64,000 nucleotides of DNA from NCBI RefSeq assembly GCF_006345805.1, contig NC_043015.1, positions 20,522,001 through 20,586,000 on the forward strand, in the 5' to 3' direction. The notes below the pieces were generated by a model. The model worked only from the letters and a program-made list of their open reading frames with translations. It was not told the DNA's origin and searched no databases. Shown here piece after piece: positions 26,280-40,931 of the stretch (position 1 is its first letter; each line of letters begins with the position of its first letter). Source of the DNA: Octopus sinensis. Its lineage: Eukaryota. Both the position numbers and the translations under genes were made by a program.

Positions 26280-27614
26280 GGTGTGTGAGAGAGGGATTGC
26301 TGATGCTCTCCGACCGGCTTCTTTGTTTGTGTCGACTCGCTTGTATGTTGAAATATGCTGCCTAGTGTGGTCGCATCTGAAACCATTTAGTTGCAACACG
26401 AAATACTTAACTGTACATCTATATCCTTCTCTCTCTGTATATGAGGGACTAAAACGACCTGAGTGTGTGAAACGCATGAACCGTTTTATTTATTGATAAA
26501 ACCTGTAAATCTGAATCAAATCTGCTCATAAACTTCTCTTATTATCAACTTGTATTAATTAGATACATCGTGTCGTTGATGAGAGCCTATTTAGCGTCTC
26601 ATTTAACAAATAAGGAGGGGAACTGAGTGGAAGAGATTTATGGTGAAGCCTTTTAAACTCGTTCTTATTGCTACAAATAGCATTCGATTAGAATCAGGCA
26701 TGACTCGAAAATGTGCTTTCTTTAAGCACTAATTAAACGAATAATGGCTAGAAATGATCGAAGATGTCGTTAGAAGCTAGCGAGGCGCATTAGATATAAT
26801 TCATCCGGACACCTAAAAGTATTTCGCACTATGAGCAGTATAGGGCCGCATGAAAGCTTTATCTTGTAAAGTATGCTCACTAAGTCAACATGTCAAAGTC
26901 CATCTGCGTGTCAAATCTATAGATAAAGACGTGCGAAGGTACGAAACATCGATACCTTTCACTTACGGTCTGACTCTTCTTCAAGTTTGCTTTCTGGGAC
27001 TTCTGCAAAAATATTCTTCGATTTCGGATTATTTTTGCAAGAACTTTGACCTGAAACCGAGTATTAAGACCAGTTTAGAAACAGCTATAACTGGTCACCA
27101 ACTGAATGTGTTTATAAACTTTATGAAGAACGACTATTTGCAAATAGCCCCATATATTTATTTTATGATTAATCGCATGAGAAACATCAGTATTCAAAAG
27201 TTTTTTGCAGGAACTGGTGGTGAGGATTCAGAAGGGATATGTGTTATCATAAGGTTGACAGTTTGCAAAAAACTGATCACCAATGAAATTGCTTAAGGAC
27301 CAATGGTAGTATTCCATCCTGATCCTTGAGTGTATATCGGCTGGCGATTTATGGACAGTTTGGCGAATAAACTGCTAATGTTTGGGACCAACTAGGTATA
27401 GAATAGGTACACTGGATAATTATACTACACTTTCGCATGTGATTTTAGTCCTTCATATTTAGTTATTTTGCAGTATATTCAAGATCACAACGTATTGTAA
27501 GTGAAACCTACGGTAGAGACTGGATTTATCATATTGAGCATTAAGAATCGTTTGAGTAAAGGATATATCTAAAAACGTACGAGCGCACGATTAAAATTGG
27601 TAGTTGAAGCTAGA

Positions 27615-27909
27615 CGCAGGCATGGTTGTGAGAATCAGTAGTTAGCTTTGCAACCACGTGGCCTCGGGTTAAGTTCCACAGTGAAACTCCTTGAGAAAGT
27701 GTCTTCTAATATCGTCTTGGTGCGACCAGCACCTTGTGAGTAAACTTGATTGAAGGAAAGCCTATGGAAGAACGTCATGTGTGTGTTGTGAACGTGTGTG
27801 TGTGTATGTAATAGCTTTGATAATTTGATAGGTTTCGGCCAGTATAGGCTCAGGCCACGTCTAACTTATAGCACTACCTGGTGCTCTCTCTCTTTCTTTT
27901 CTCTCCTCA

Positions 27910-27987
<78 letters not shown>

Positions 27988-28245
27988 AAATATATATATA
28001 TATATATATACGGGAGTGTGTGATCATGTGTGTGCGCGCGTGTCTATGTGTTTGTCTTGTATCGCTTGACAAATGTTGTTGCTTCGTTTCAGTTCCCGTA
28101 ACGTTTCAGTTCGGTAAAATATACGAACAGAATTAGTACCAAGCTTTAAAAATAACTAATTTGAGTGACTCGTTCGATTAAATCGGTCAAGGTTGTGCTC
28201 CAGCATTGCAGCGTTACTCGCTGAAAGATCTTGAACAGTAAAAGT
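27615..28245 (+). mobile_element. SINE family A, head and tail separated by an expanded microsatellite interior
   Basis: Head 27615-27780; tail 28050-28245 (CCCGTAACGTTTCAGTTCGGTAAAA...GGTTGTGCTCCAGCATTGC). Confidence 0.65.
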
Positions 28246-29803
28246 ATATGAAACCATTTAGGAATGCTTCTATGAATTCTGCAGCAGCAAAACCTTTACA
28301 CGTATACGCACATACATAAGCAGGTGCATATATGCACACACACACATACATACACGCATACTTAAATTTTACAATCAATAAGGAATTATTTTTTTTAGCT
28401 TAGAAGAAAGTCAAATTTTTCTTTGAAGGGTCTGAAGCCTTTGACTGACCCTTTATTTGATCTTCACCCCAAAATGGGGTGGGGAGGGGTAAGTTGAATC
28501 TCATAGTATTTGAACTGAAAAAAAAGGAACAAAAAAAAAACGAAATAACATAACGCGTTTAGGCCAGCATCCTACCGTGTCTATAACCGCAATGCGTACA
28601 ACCATACACACACACACATGCATATATATATTATATATATATATATATATTATATATAATATATAATATATATATATATTATATATATATATACATATAG
28701 ATATAATATAATATATACACACGGCTACGTCGAAACATATAGACACGTAACATGTACAGCAACACTTGAAGTTTTACACATACAACACCCGAACTCAAAC
28801 ACTTTCAAACGCAAGCTCTTTCGTAAGTGAACAAAATAGACACTGAAAATCAAAAAAAAAAAAAACATACACACACACACAAATTGCATAAAAAAACATC
28901 CTCATAAACACACATGAAAACATAAGCGCTTTGAAACACAAACACTGTCGCACATGCGCATAAACACGCAAGCATACATGCAAACACTCACACACTTATA
29001 TTGCGTATACATAATATCTGCAAGCAAAACACACGAAAACGTCTATACTCACACAACATACAGAGGCAATAAACATACACACACAGCAATTCGTAGATAA
29101 ATACAAAAAATATAAGTAATAATGATTGAACATCTAAAAGACGAAGATTATATAAACCCTCCTGCCCAACCCTACCACTGTTCTGGTAATATAATGAAAA
29201 CTTTTCTTCCCAAATTTATCAGAATATCGTCTGTAATTTATCGTTCTCCCAATATTTACACCAAAAGGACTAGTCTTACAATCAGTTGATTATCTTTTTC
29301 TCTGTCGACCCACCACCCGCTTCACACACCAACTCTATCCTTAAATCTTCCCTCCAATATGCAACAACAATTCAAACACAACAATAAATATAACAACCTT
29401 AATAACATTTCCACTAAAATACTAAGGCGTTTGTGTCCAGTTAAAAGAAAGACAATCAACACAATCTAATCAACTCAACTGTAGCAATATCAAACATTTT
29501 TCATGAAATAACTCACTAAAAAAATTACTAAAAAAATAATAAAAAGAACCACAGCAGGGGAACCGGGGAACTAATAAATACCAACGCAGACCGAAACGAA
29601 ACGAAATTCGTACATATCGTTTTCTGTTTTTTTGTTATTTCGGTCGGTCACTGAATCTGTTATGGAATAGAGGGTAAAATAAATAAATAGATGTATTATT
29701 ATTGGATATTGGCTATTGGCTATTAAGAAGAACAACTTGAAATTCTTTTCGAGATTTCAATATTAACTATAAATACTCATAAATACATACATATGATATT
29801 ATA

Positions 29804-29874
<71 letters not shown>

Positions 29875-30325
29875 TGTATGTATGTATGTATGTATATGCA
29901 TATCAGCATGTTTATGTGTATGTATGTAAACACACAGACACACACACACAGACACACAGACACACACAGACACAGACACAAACACACACCCACACACACA
30001 CACACACACACCACACACACACCACATATATATATATATATAATATATAATATATATATACAGGGTGATAGATAGAATCGATTTTTATTCATAAAAGTTA
30101 CTTTTCAGACTTCTGCTGGAGGCATACTATTGATTCCTCACACACTTTCCTTCTCTTTCTCTCCCATTCTCTCTTTTCCTCCCTCTCCCGTTCTCTCTTT
30201 TCCTCCATCTTCTTCTTTTCAGTTCATCATTTAAAAGTAAAACTGCAATATTTTTTTATTCTCTCACTGTCTCTCAAAAAATTAAATAATGTGTGACTAG
30301 AGTTTGTGTTTATTACATTGTTATT

Positions 30326-30327
30326 AG

Positions 30328-30413
<86 letters not shown>

Positions 30414-30432
30414 GTACTACTACTACTACTAA
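30326..30432. repeat. (CTA)n microsatellite
   Basis: Direct inspection. Confidence 0.95.
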
Positions 30433-30874
30433 ACAACCATAGCACAACGTTTATACTTTAACAAATGAAAAAATAATGGCATTTCAAATGGCGTTAATAA
30501 GAAAAGCAGTAACCGAAATTAAGCTAGCATTGCTTATCAGAAGGAAGCTGATCGATACAGATCGATTCCCCTATAAGAAGAGAGCATTGGAGATTTATGC
30601 TAAGGGGGACAGTGTCTGCCTTGCCTACGAAAAATACCTAGGAGAAAGCTCCATATACCCTCAAAGGAATATATAAAAAAATCCCATGCCAACTTTTGGG
30701 GCAACAAAATATGGGGTCCTGAAATGTATGCCTGGTATTTAAAAATGTCCGTAATGTGTCAAGATAAATAAAATGGGCGAAGCAGGGAGATTTGTTGTAA
30801 AGGTAGCCGTCAGATTCCCATTGCCGTTCCGGTGTTCTGCGGTAGTGTATTTAACTCAAAGATTTAATCGACAA

Positions 30875-31450
30875 AGTTTTGGACAGCATTGGCCTCCATG
30901 TCTAACTTAATACCACGACTTGGGAAATACACTTAAAGGTATTTCATACGAATCCTTGTTTGGGCGCTATAGCCCATTCCTGGAGAGTTAGTTTTTACAG
31001 GGCAGGTGGTTTATCTGGGATTTTCTTTGAAAATATTCGTCCAGGAACAGTTTAGGGTATCTTTTTCTTAGGGTATCTTTTTCTTCTCTTATGTGTCTTG
31101 GAATGATATTAAGGAGAGCAGCACCCGTTGAGTTGAAGTAATTCTGCCTGAGTGTTGTGATGTTATGCGAGCACAACTTTTGAGAGGACGAACAGTAAGA
31201 GGACCAAGTCTTGGTGAAATTTAAATTAAATGCCAACATCAGTTGTACACTGCTGCTGGAATATTTTCCTCATTAGGCAAATGATATAAAGCCCGCGGCG
31301 ACGTTGGAGGGAATAAAAACAGTTTCTAGGGACGATCCCACTAGCAAAGAGCTGTCAGGCAGTCCAGTCTCCTTGTGATCGATCTCTAGAATGCTTCGAT
31401 TTTTATAATGTTCTGTTTCAGGTAGGGAGACCACAGCGGACAACACTATA
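30875..31450 (-). mobile_element. Decayed 3' fragment of a LINE related to the 36-39 kb element (different family)
   Basis: Minus-strand CCPLWSPYLKQNIIKIEAF*RSITRR...WDR...YSLQRRR..YII...KIFQ...TLRQNYFNSTGAALLNIIPRHIR parallels YCSQLWSP...LEAIQRSYTKK...YWERL...FSLERRRERY...LFNILPKCLR. Confidence 0.85.
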
Positions 31451-31804
31451 TGACATAAACCAGTAGCTTTAGAATTAAACCTGGAACGACGCAGATACGA
31501 AACTGAATACTTAATTGCACGGTTAGGCCTTTGTATTGGTTTTCTGCATATTGAAGACCTGACATAGAAATGCAAGCGAATATATTTACCACACACATAC
31601 ATATATACACATTGCAAACCAATGTTCGTGGCGTCATTCCCCCAACAGTGTTGTGTTCTCATTTCGAATGCAAGCAAAGAACTAGAAATCGTATGAAATG
31701 AAACAAAGGCCACACGCTGACACACAATTATATCCAAAACATAAACACATCAAGGCACGCACACGCACATATATGTGCGTTCACGCGTGCTATGTTACTA
31801 TATA

Positions 31805-31876
<72 letters not shown>

Positions 31877-31958
31877 CTATCTATCTATCTATCTATCTAC
31901 CTTTCTATCTGTCTGTCTTTCTGTCTGTCTATGGATATCCGTATCTCGGTATATATAT

Positions 31959-32019
<61 letters not shown>

Positions 32020-32591
32020 TATATATATTCACACACGCACACACATATATGTGTGTATATATATATGTGTATATACATACACCTATATATTTGTGTGTAT
32101 ATATAACGATGTCAAATCTATACACACAAGTGTATGGGTGTAAAAGATCACATTATTTCCAATTATATGTAATTTAGCATGCATTATAAAACTTCCCGGG
32201 TTTCGTATATTCTAAGAACCATCCGTGAAAATCTCATTAAAACCAACACTGTATCTCCAGAACCAGACAGGTTTCACTCTGGCACCAGTCTATATAACAT
32301 TTCCACCGAATAAATTAAATATTAGCAAAAAAAGTTTCTATGCTGTTTTTATTCGCCTAATTTTTTGTTTCCAATTTTTTTTCTCTATTTCGCTATCTTT
32401 AAATATTATTTTGGTTTCAACATTAGCATTGGTGCAGTAGACATAGCAGAATTTTCAACAAAATATCTTGGAGGGTATATTTATATTCTTTTATATTGTG
32501 ATTTCGAATCACGATGATGTCTGCTTCGGTTCTAATTGAGGAATTATCTACCACTAAAATACTGAGGATAATTAAATCGATGCTAAATCTG

Positions 32592-32808
32592 TTCTTTATT
32601 TGTTTCAGTCATTTAACTGCAGCCATGCTGGAGCATCACCCTTAGTCGAACAAATTGATCCCACGCCTTATTCTTTGCAAGCCTAGTACTTATTATGTCG
32701 GTCTGTTTTACCGAACCGCTAAGTTATGGGAACGTAAAAACACCAACATCGTATGTCAAGTGATGGTAGAGGGACAAAAACACACACACTTATATATATA
32801 TATATATA

Positions 32809-32842
<34 letters not shown>

Positions 32843-32980
32843 CGACGGCTTCTTTCAGTTTCCGTCTACCAAATCCAACCACAAGGCTTTGGTCGGCTCG
32901 AGGCTATAGTAGAAGACACTTGCCCAAGGGGCCACACATTGGGACAATCTGGAACCGTGTGGTTGGTAAACAAGCTACTA
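32592..32980 (-). mobile_element. SINE family A, well-preserved copy
   Basis: Reverse tail GTTTCAGTCATTTAACTGCAGCCATGCTGGAGCA, internal (TA)n, and core GAGGCTATAGTAGAAGACACTTGCCCAAGG. Confidence 0.9.
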
Positions 32981-33234
32981 TATGGGAAAACAAATATATT
33001 TGTCTTCTTTGAATGAGAGAATTAGCAAAGAGCGCAGGAAAAAGAAAAGAAAAACGGTTTGACATTTGTTTTCGACAGGTCAAAATTTCATTTAGCTGTT
33101 TCGTGTTTAATGGAAAAAAATCCAGTTGATTCCTTGATTTCACCAGCTATCTCCTTTCATAAATATGTGCTGCACTGCTATTTCGAAAAAAAAATATTAT
33201 TGGAATTGTAAGGGCGTTGGGTTGAGATCTTTTA

Positions 33235-33636
33235 TCTTTTTTGTCTTGTTTCAACATTAAACTGCGACCGTGCTGGGGCACCGCCTTGAAGAATTTTTTT
33301 GTCAAATGAATCCACTCCAAGTCTTATTCTTTTAAAACCTAGTACTTATTCTATCCGTCCCTTTGTCGAATCGCTCAGTTACGAGGATATAAACATAACA
33401 CCGGTTGTCAAGCATCGAGGGAGGGCACATATACACACACAAACGCAAACACACGCACACACACGCTCACACACACATACATGACGGGCTTCTTTTAGTA
33501 TCGTCTCCCAAATCCACTCAAAAGGCTTTGATCGGCCCGAGGCTACAGGAGAAGACAGCTGCTCAAGGTGCCATGCAGTGGGACTGAACCTGGAACCCTC
33601 TGTTCGGGAAGGAAGTTTCTTACCACACAGCTACGC
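33235..33636 (-). mobile_element. SINE family A, full copy
   Basis: Same tail, core and head; reverse B-box GGACTGAACC; reverse head TTCTTACCACACAGCTACGC. Confidence 0.9.
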
Positions 33637-34139
33637 ATGAATCTAATAATCATTAGAATCTCGGTAAAACTACTGTGCAATATCTTATCCGGATTGCTTA
33701 TTTCCGGGAAAATTTCGGTTTGGGTCGAGAAATCAAGAATGTAACAACTGTGCTTGATAATTTCATTAATTATTCCAGCATTGATGGAATACATACCAGT
33801 GTTAGAAATGCTTTTTCTTGGAATGTCTTATATTATATGTCTATTTGAAAGCATTGAGAACAACATCTTTAAGAAGTCTCTTAGTTGCATCAATGAGGTT
33901 TCAGTCGCTCGACCTGCTAGTGACAGCAGCCAAAATCTCCATAAAATCCTGGCACTAACGCTTTGAGGAAAATGGGGAAAAGCAACATCAAAAAAGAAAA
34001 ATGTTACATTAGGTAATATAGTCATAAAAACAATATATTAAAACAAAATACTGGATGGTCACGGTTGGCATACTTTTAGTCAAGATGATGTTCAGTTGTG
34101 GCTGACCTAATGCTACAAAACGAACAAAAAAAAAATCCC

Positions 34140-34485
34140 GTACATTATTTACATTACTTCCATTTGATGGATATTTGTCTTCATCTTGTTTGTTGTTAAC
34201 ACGTTTCGGCTGATATACCCTCGAGGCTTCATCAGGCGTCTTGGGGAAATTTCGAACTTGGAAAACAAGAAGACGCCGGAAAGATAAAAATATATATATT
34301 ATGTGTGTGTGTGTGAGTGTGTGTTAGAACTGTGAGAAAATATGTTTCCTTAGCTTTCATGAAATCTGGAGGGTATATCAGCCGAAACGTTGTCTGAACA
34401 ACAAATAAGACGAGGACAAATATCCGTTAAATGTAAATAATGTAAATAATGTACATAATTCCCCATCTCTTAAATATAGAACTGA
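34140..34485. mobile_element. Inverted-repeat element (Penelope pLTR-like) with a hammerhead motif in each arm
   Basis: 34140-34235 mirrors 34357-34453; left arm minus strand CTGATGA..AGGGTATATCAGCC-GAAAC-GT; right arm TCATGA..AGGGTATATCAGCC-GAAAC-GTT. Confidence 0.85.
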
Positions 34486-34777
34486 AAAAGTCCCGTTTCT
34501 GCAACAGGTTTTGTAGCAGTGGGTTAGAGTGTACTTTTAAATATAATTGTCAGTGTATTTGTGACATTACGGAAAGTTCAAGTTCGTGTGAAGAACGTTT
34601 TAAAAGAGTTAATTCTTTCAGATCAAATTTAAAGAATAAACCTTGTTAGGGTAAAGAGTTGCTAATTTAAAGTTTAATTTAAAAATTGCAATTACTATGC
34701 AAAACGTAATTTCATTTCTCGACGTCTCTGTATCTTTTAAACCTACCTACCTACCTACCTACATACCTACCTATCCA

Positions 34778-34825
<48 letters not shown>

Positions 34826-34924
34826 ACTATCTCTCTCTCTCTCTCCACACACACACATATATATTCATATATATGTGCTTTATCCGTTTACTTGTCTATC
34901 TAGTGTACTTTATATACATACATA

Positions 34925-34974
<50 letters not shown>

Positions 34975-35529
34975 TAATATATATATAAAGGAGAGAGTGA
35001 GAGAGAGAGAGTCAAACATAATTATTTCTCCGTCTGCCTGCTTGACTGTGCAGTCATTTCATTATTTCACTGTCATTCTTCAATCATTTCTTTGAAAGTT
35101 AAGGAAACACTACATATTCTAATACACAAACACACACACATACACACACATATGTATATATATATATATATATATATATTTGTTTTCACCTTCTTGTTTC
35201 AGCGCGGAAACTGTACTAAAACAACGAAATGCCTGCAAAATAAACGTGACCAAGTTCTGGTATTAGGTCCCGGATGTTGCCAAGAGCATAGGAAAAATCT
35301 CGTCGTGGTTATTTACAAAACATTGCTAACCAACAAGATTCAGACGTATATATACCTTACACCTTTAGTAAATTCGTGTTGAATAAGTGAAAAGAAGTAA
35401 TATACTCAGAAAAACAAAAGAATATCAAATAACTTTAAAGAACCTCGCCTCCATCATCACCCGAACCACCACCGCCACCGACCTTAGCTGTAGTAACAGC
35501 AATAACAAAATGCCATAGAAAATGCAGTC

Positions 35530-35587
<58 letters not shown>

Positions 35588-35718
35588 TTATATAAACAAC
35601 AAAGAAAATAATTTCAGTAAAAACAGGAAAAATACGAAGATACCGTAGAGAAAATGAGTTTAGTAAAGTATAATTTGTCAGGAGAAAGTCTAACGATAGT
35701 GTGCTTATTGTTGTTGTA

Positions 35719-35754
<36 letters not shown>

Positions 35755-36183
35755 GTTGTTTATTGTGTATGTTTATTTTGGAGTTATGTTTAGTTTTCTT
35801 CCACACTTTTTTTAGTGAAATGTTTTCCCAAAGCTATTGTGTTATATTTGTGTGTGAGTGTGTGTGTGTGTATATATATATGTACTTATGTGTGTTTCTA
35901 ACTATTCGCACATTCACACACATATACCTTTATATACATAATCATTATACTTGCATAAACACGAACAAACACACACACATATAAATATATATACAGTTAT
36001 TTATACATACACACATATAGATACATATTCATATATATATATACATAAATAAACATGTTGAGATATACCTTACACATCCACATACATATATATATATATA
36101 TATATATAAATCCTTAAATCCTTAAAAATGTTTTAGCCCGAAGGTCGCGGCCATGCTGGGGCACCACCGCTGAATGAGCTACA

Positions 36184-39074
36184 CTAATATGTGAATCCAC
36201 CTCTGATACGTGGCACTTGATCAACAAGGGAGTTCGATGCTGCTTCCCGTATCTGCGTCTCCTATCGTGAGGTAGGTTCATCTGGGACTCCCGACAAGAA
36301 GAGATCCAGTTTAGTTTTAAAGATACCCACATCCACACAATGTAAGTCTCTTAGGCATTTAGGGAGGATGTTAAAGAGCTGTATTCCTCTGAAACCCAAG
36401 CTGTTGCAGTATCTGGTCCTGTATTTTGATGGTAATGTTGGAATCTTTGGCACTGTTCTGCGGTTGGGGTAACTTTGAATGCCAAAGTTTGGGACAAGAC
36501 CCTCCAGGATTTTCCAGATGTATATCACCGCATATCTCTCCCGCCTCCGCTCTAGGGAGAAGAGATTTAATACTTTCAGTCTTTCCCAGTAGCTGATATT
36601 TTGCATTGAGACGATCTTCTTTGTGTAGCTTCTCTGAATTGCTTCGAGTTCTGCTGTTAGTTTTATATTGTGTGGTGACCATAGTTGGGAGCAGTAGTCC
36701 AAGCGGCTGAGGACGAATGTTTTCCAGAGGACCATCAGTGTCTCCTTCTCTCTTGTTCTGAAAGTCGGAGATCCATCCAGCTAGCCGTCTGCATTTTATC
36801 ACCAGATTAGTAATGCACTTGGAAGATGCATCATTGCTCACGTCAATGCCTAGGTCACGCACTGATTTTGACTCAGGGATTGCAATTCTTCCTGGGCCAG
36901 TGTATCCAGTCTGCACGTCGATTACCTTTGTGTGCCGGTAGCGCAGGGCCTGGAACTTACCTGCATTAAACTGCATGTTGTTGTCCTCCGCCCAGCTTTT
37001 TATTTTATCCAACTCCTGTTGCAGATGCGCAATATTTTCAGGGTTTTGTATTGTGTGGAGACTTTTGTGTCATCTGCATAGCTAGCAAGGGTGGCCAGCG
37101 TAGCAACTAAAGGTATGTCTGAAAGGGCCACTATGAACAGCAGTGGCCCCAAGACAATGCCCTGTGGAACACCGCTTGTTATTTGTGTTTCCTTGGAAGT
37201 GGCTCCATTGCTCACAACTGCCTGCCTTCTGTCTTTTAGGAAGTTGTGCAGCCACTCTCCAAGTTTTCCGCCTGTGCCGAGATCACGCAGTTTTTGACAG
37301 ATCATACCATGGTCGACTTTATCAAAGGCTTTTGCAAAGTCGAGATATATTACATCCACATTTGAGCCATTTAGTAACTGTTTTAACACCCAGTCATAGT
37401 GTTGCAGGAGCTGTGTTAGGCAGCTTCTACCTGGTCGAAATCCATGCTGGGTGTCAGACAGGAAGTCATTTTCTTCAAGGAACATGATTAGTTTCTTGCG
37501 GACTATTCGTTCCATGACTTTGCTGATGCGTGAGGTCAGAGAGATAGACCTATAATTTTATGGATAGGGCATATTACCCCCTCTTTCAATTTGACTGGGA
37601 GCTTACCACTTGCAAGGAAGCTCTGAAAAAGAAGCTGTAGCGGTTTTGCAAGGGCTCGTTTGCACGATTTGAGAAGGATCGCTGGAAACTCATCAGGTCC
37701 AGCAGCTGAGTTTGTGTCAATCTCATCTATGGCTAGTGTGATATCATCATCTTCAATGTTGATGTACTCAATTTTTGCCTCTTTGGCCGCAGGTAAAGTG
37801 GCAAAGAATTCTTCTGGGTTGTTTACTTGCCTGTGTCCCAGAGGTGTAGTGAACACACTTTGGAATTGTTCGTTCAGTATTTCACTTATCCTGTCTCTTT
37901 GGCAAACTTAAAGAAAGCTTTAGGGTTTGATTTTATATTTTCTATTACCCAAACTTCTTTATCTGCTCTCTCCTTTTCATGGGATTGATGCAGACTTTTC
38001 TTAATTTCCATTAGCATTCTCTCGAGCCGAGACTTCTCACCACTTTTGGTGTGCTTGCTCAGGCGGTTCGCAATCCTTGTCCGTCGTCTCATAAGAATCC
38101 TCCTTTCTCTAGGGATCCTGTTTTTGTTTTTGTGTGTGCTGGCCCTGTACACTGGGACATATTTGTCACATATGGCTTGTATTATGGACATGAAGTGTTT
38201 GTGTTTCATGTTAATGTCCGGTGTGGAGAGACATTTAGGCTAGTCCTGTTTGAGGATCTCTTTCTCAATCAACTTCCAGTTTGCTTTATGAAAGTTTAAG
38301 TTGGAGAGATGGTGGATGCTTTGTATAGGCTGTGTGTCTCTTGGTCCATACATAGACAGCTCTATCATGTTGTGATCCGAGATCATCGTCGGCATCACTT
38401 TAACATTATGGATAATATCCATATTGTTTGTGAAGCAGAGATCCAGTATATTATCTGTCCTTGCTGGTTGCAGAACTATTTGCTCCATGAAAGAGGCATT
38501 TGTGAGATGGAGAAGGGACTCTGCCTGTGACTACTGATGGTGTGTCATCCCTGAGAGCATCTGACCCCCAGGCCATTCCACATTGGGGAAGTTAAAGTCA
38601 CCCATGAAGAATGCACCGTTGTGTTGTTCAAGGTTGGTGAGGACTTCTATTTTTGTTAGGCAGTCTTCAAACATGCCTGGGTGATTTGGGGCATCTGGTG
38701 GGCGATATGTAGTGCATATGACGATATTCAGTTGTCTTATGTGTACAATATGAGTGTCACACACTGAGTTTGAATATGACAACAGGACCTAGGGCGTGAG
38801 GTCATCTCGGATGTACATTGCAACTCCACCATGGCTCCTCCCTTTTCTATCTGAGCGTATGACTGCATATTGCGGTATGTGTATTTCTCCATCCCCTACA
38901 TCGGGTCCAAGATGCGTTTCTGTGAGTGCCATGCATATAGCTTGATTGTATGTCACAAGGTCTCTCAGGAATGAGATTTTCCTTTTACAGTTGCCGCGCA
39001 GCAGCCCTCCTACCTACGTTCAGTAGAAATATTTTTGTGGTGTGTGTGTTGGTGTTGGTGTCAGTGGTGGCCAT
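36184..39074 (-). pseudogene. LINE ORF2 (APE endonuclease + reverse transcriptase), frameshifted
   Basis: EN motifs LTETH, GGVAMY, YRPP, GDFN, LDLCF, SDH; RT motifs QHGFRPGRSC, YLDFAKAFDKVDH, GVPQGIVLGPLLF, YADD; split over at least 7 ORFs by stops and frameshifts. Confidence 0.95.
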
Positions 39075-39560
39075 CCTGCATCTGTTGGTGGTGGCCTTAT
39101 GTGGTGGTAGTTCCAGCTTTGTGCTTGTAGCCATGTCAGCTGCTGAACAATTTTTTGTGCCATGCACAAAAAAGATTGCAGTTCAGCTGCTGCCCTTCTG
39201 ACACCTGGGTGAAGCTGGCCATTTGTTGGGTTACCGCGCACCACATCCGCATATCGTCTTTCAGTGGTCCGTGCGCTATTTTTCCTTCATTTATAGTTTT
39301 CTTTTTCTTTATCTTTTTGTTCTCCCCCAGGGAGGGGTTTTTGTCTTGTGTCCAAGCGGTTTTGGTAGGGCTTCTGATGTGCAAAGCGACAGTTCGCACC
39401 TTCGACGCCGTACCAGCAGTCCCCCTTCAGGTAGAATTTGCAGATGTTTCTGCCTTTTCCCTTATAGTTCTTGCTGGGGTTCTTTTGTTTTTTTCTGAAC
39501 AGGGTTTGTTTTAGCTTTAATTTTCTTGTCTTTTACCTCCTGTTTCCCATCAATTTTAGG
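39020..39560 (-). pseudogene. LINE ORF1 remnant with CCCH zinc finger
   Basis: 39442-39377 translates CKFYLKGDCWYGVEGANCRFAH; the C-terminal ORF (stop at 39020) overlaps the putative ORF2 ATG at 39074. Confidence 0.7.
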
Positions 39561-39624
39561 TGTTTTTTCATATATATATGTATGTATTGTAATATATATA
39601 TATACATATATAATATATATATAT

Positions 39625-40185
<561 letters not shown>

Positions 40186-40240
40186 ATATTATATATTGTA
40201 TATATATATATAGTATATATATATAAATATATAATTTATA

Positions 40241-40287
<47 letters not shown>

Positions 40288-40897
40288 GTAATATAGATAC
40301 TTGAATGTTACATGACGTCACATGACGCTTAACTTTCTAAGAATATTGCCTGCTACTATGGGTAATATCAGAAAAGTATATGCGATAATATTGTTTAAGC
40401 ACTGATCAAATTAGTTGGAGCTTATACACAATAAAGAAATGAATACAAATGTTCAAAAGTTATATTTTTATCACCTAAAAAAAAAACTAAACATAGGAAA
40501 TTTCTCATTTGAATATTTGTAATAAATGTTTTTTTCCTAAATTTTATCGACATAAGTGTTATCTATTCACCTTCCACGAAAACCAGGCTTTGCAAAATTT
40601 CATGAAAAATGTGTATTTTTCAGAAATTTGTAAGACACTACTCACTTTCCGTTATAAGGGGTGAAGTGAACCAACCTACTCACAGTTATACCAGATATTT
40701 CATAAATATTTTGAGGTGCAGCACACAAATATATACATATATACATTCACACGTACCTACACACACAAACATATTGATATAGTTCATGTATTTTGTGCAA
40801 TCAATGGAGAGTATATTGCATAAGTTCTATGGTGAAATGCAGTCGAATTTGAACATACAACTCATAATGAACGATGCATACATACATACACATATAC

Positions 40898-40931
<34 letters not shown>

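Larger units (their letters stand above)
36108..39565 (-). mobile_element. Near-full-length decayed LINE (CR1-like group; exact clade not determined)
   Basis: ORF1 remnant, APE endonuclease and RT motifs, short 3' UTR and TTTAAGGA repeat tail; (TA)n on both flanks. Confidence 0.95.

Noticed and set aside
26850-27296. 148-aa non-repetitive ORF
   Set aside because: No recognisable motifs; at most a very decayed transposon region.
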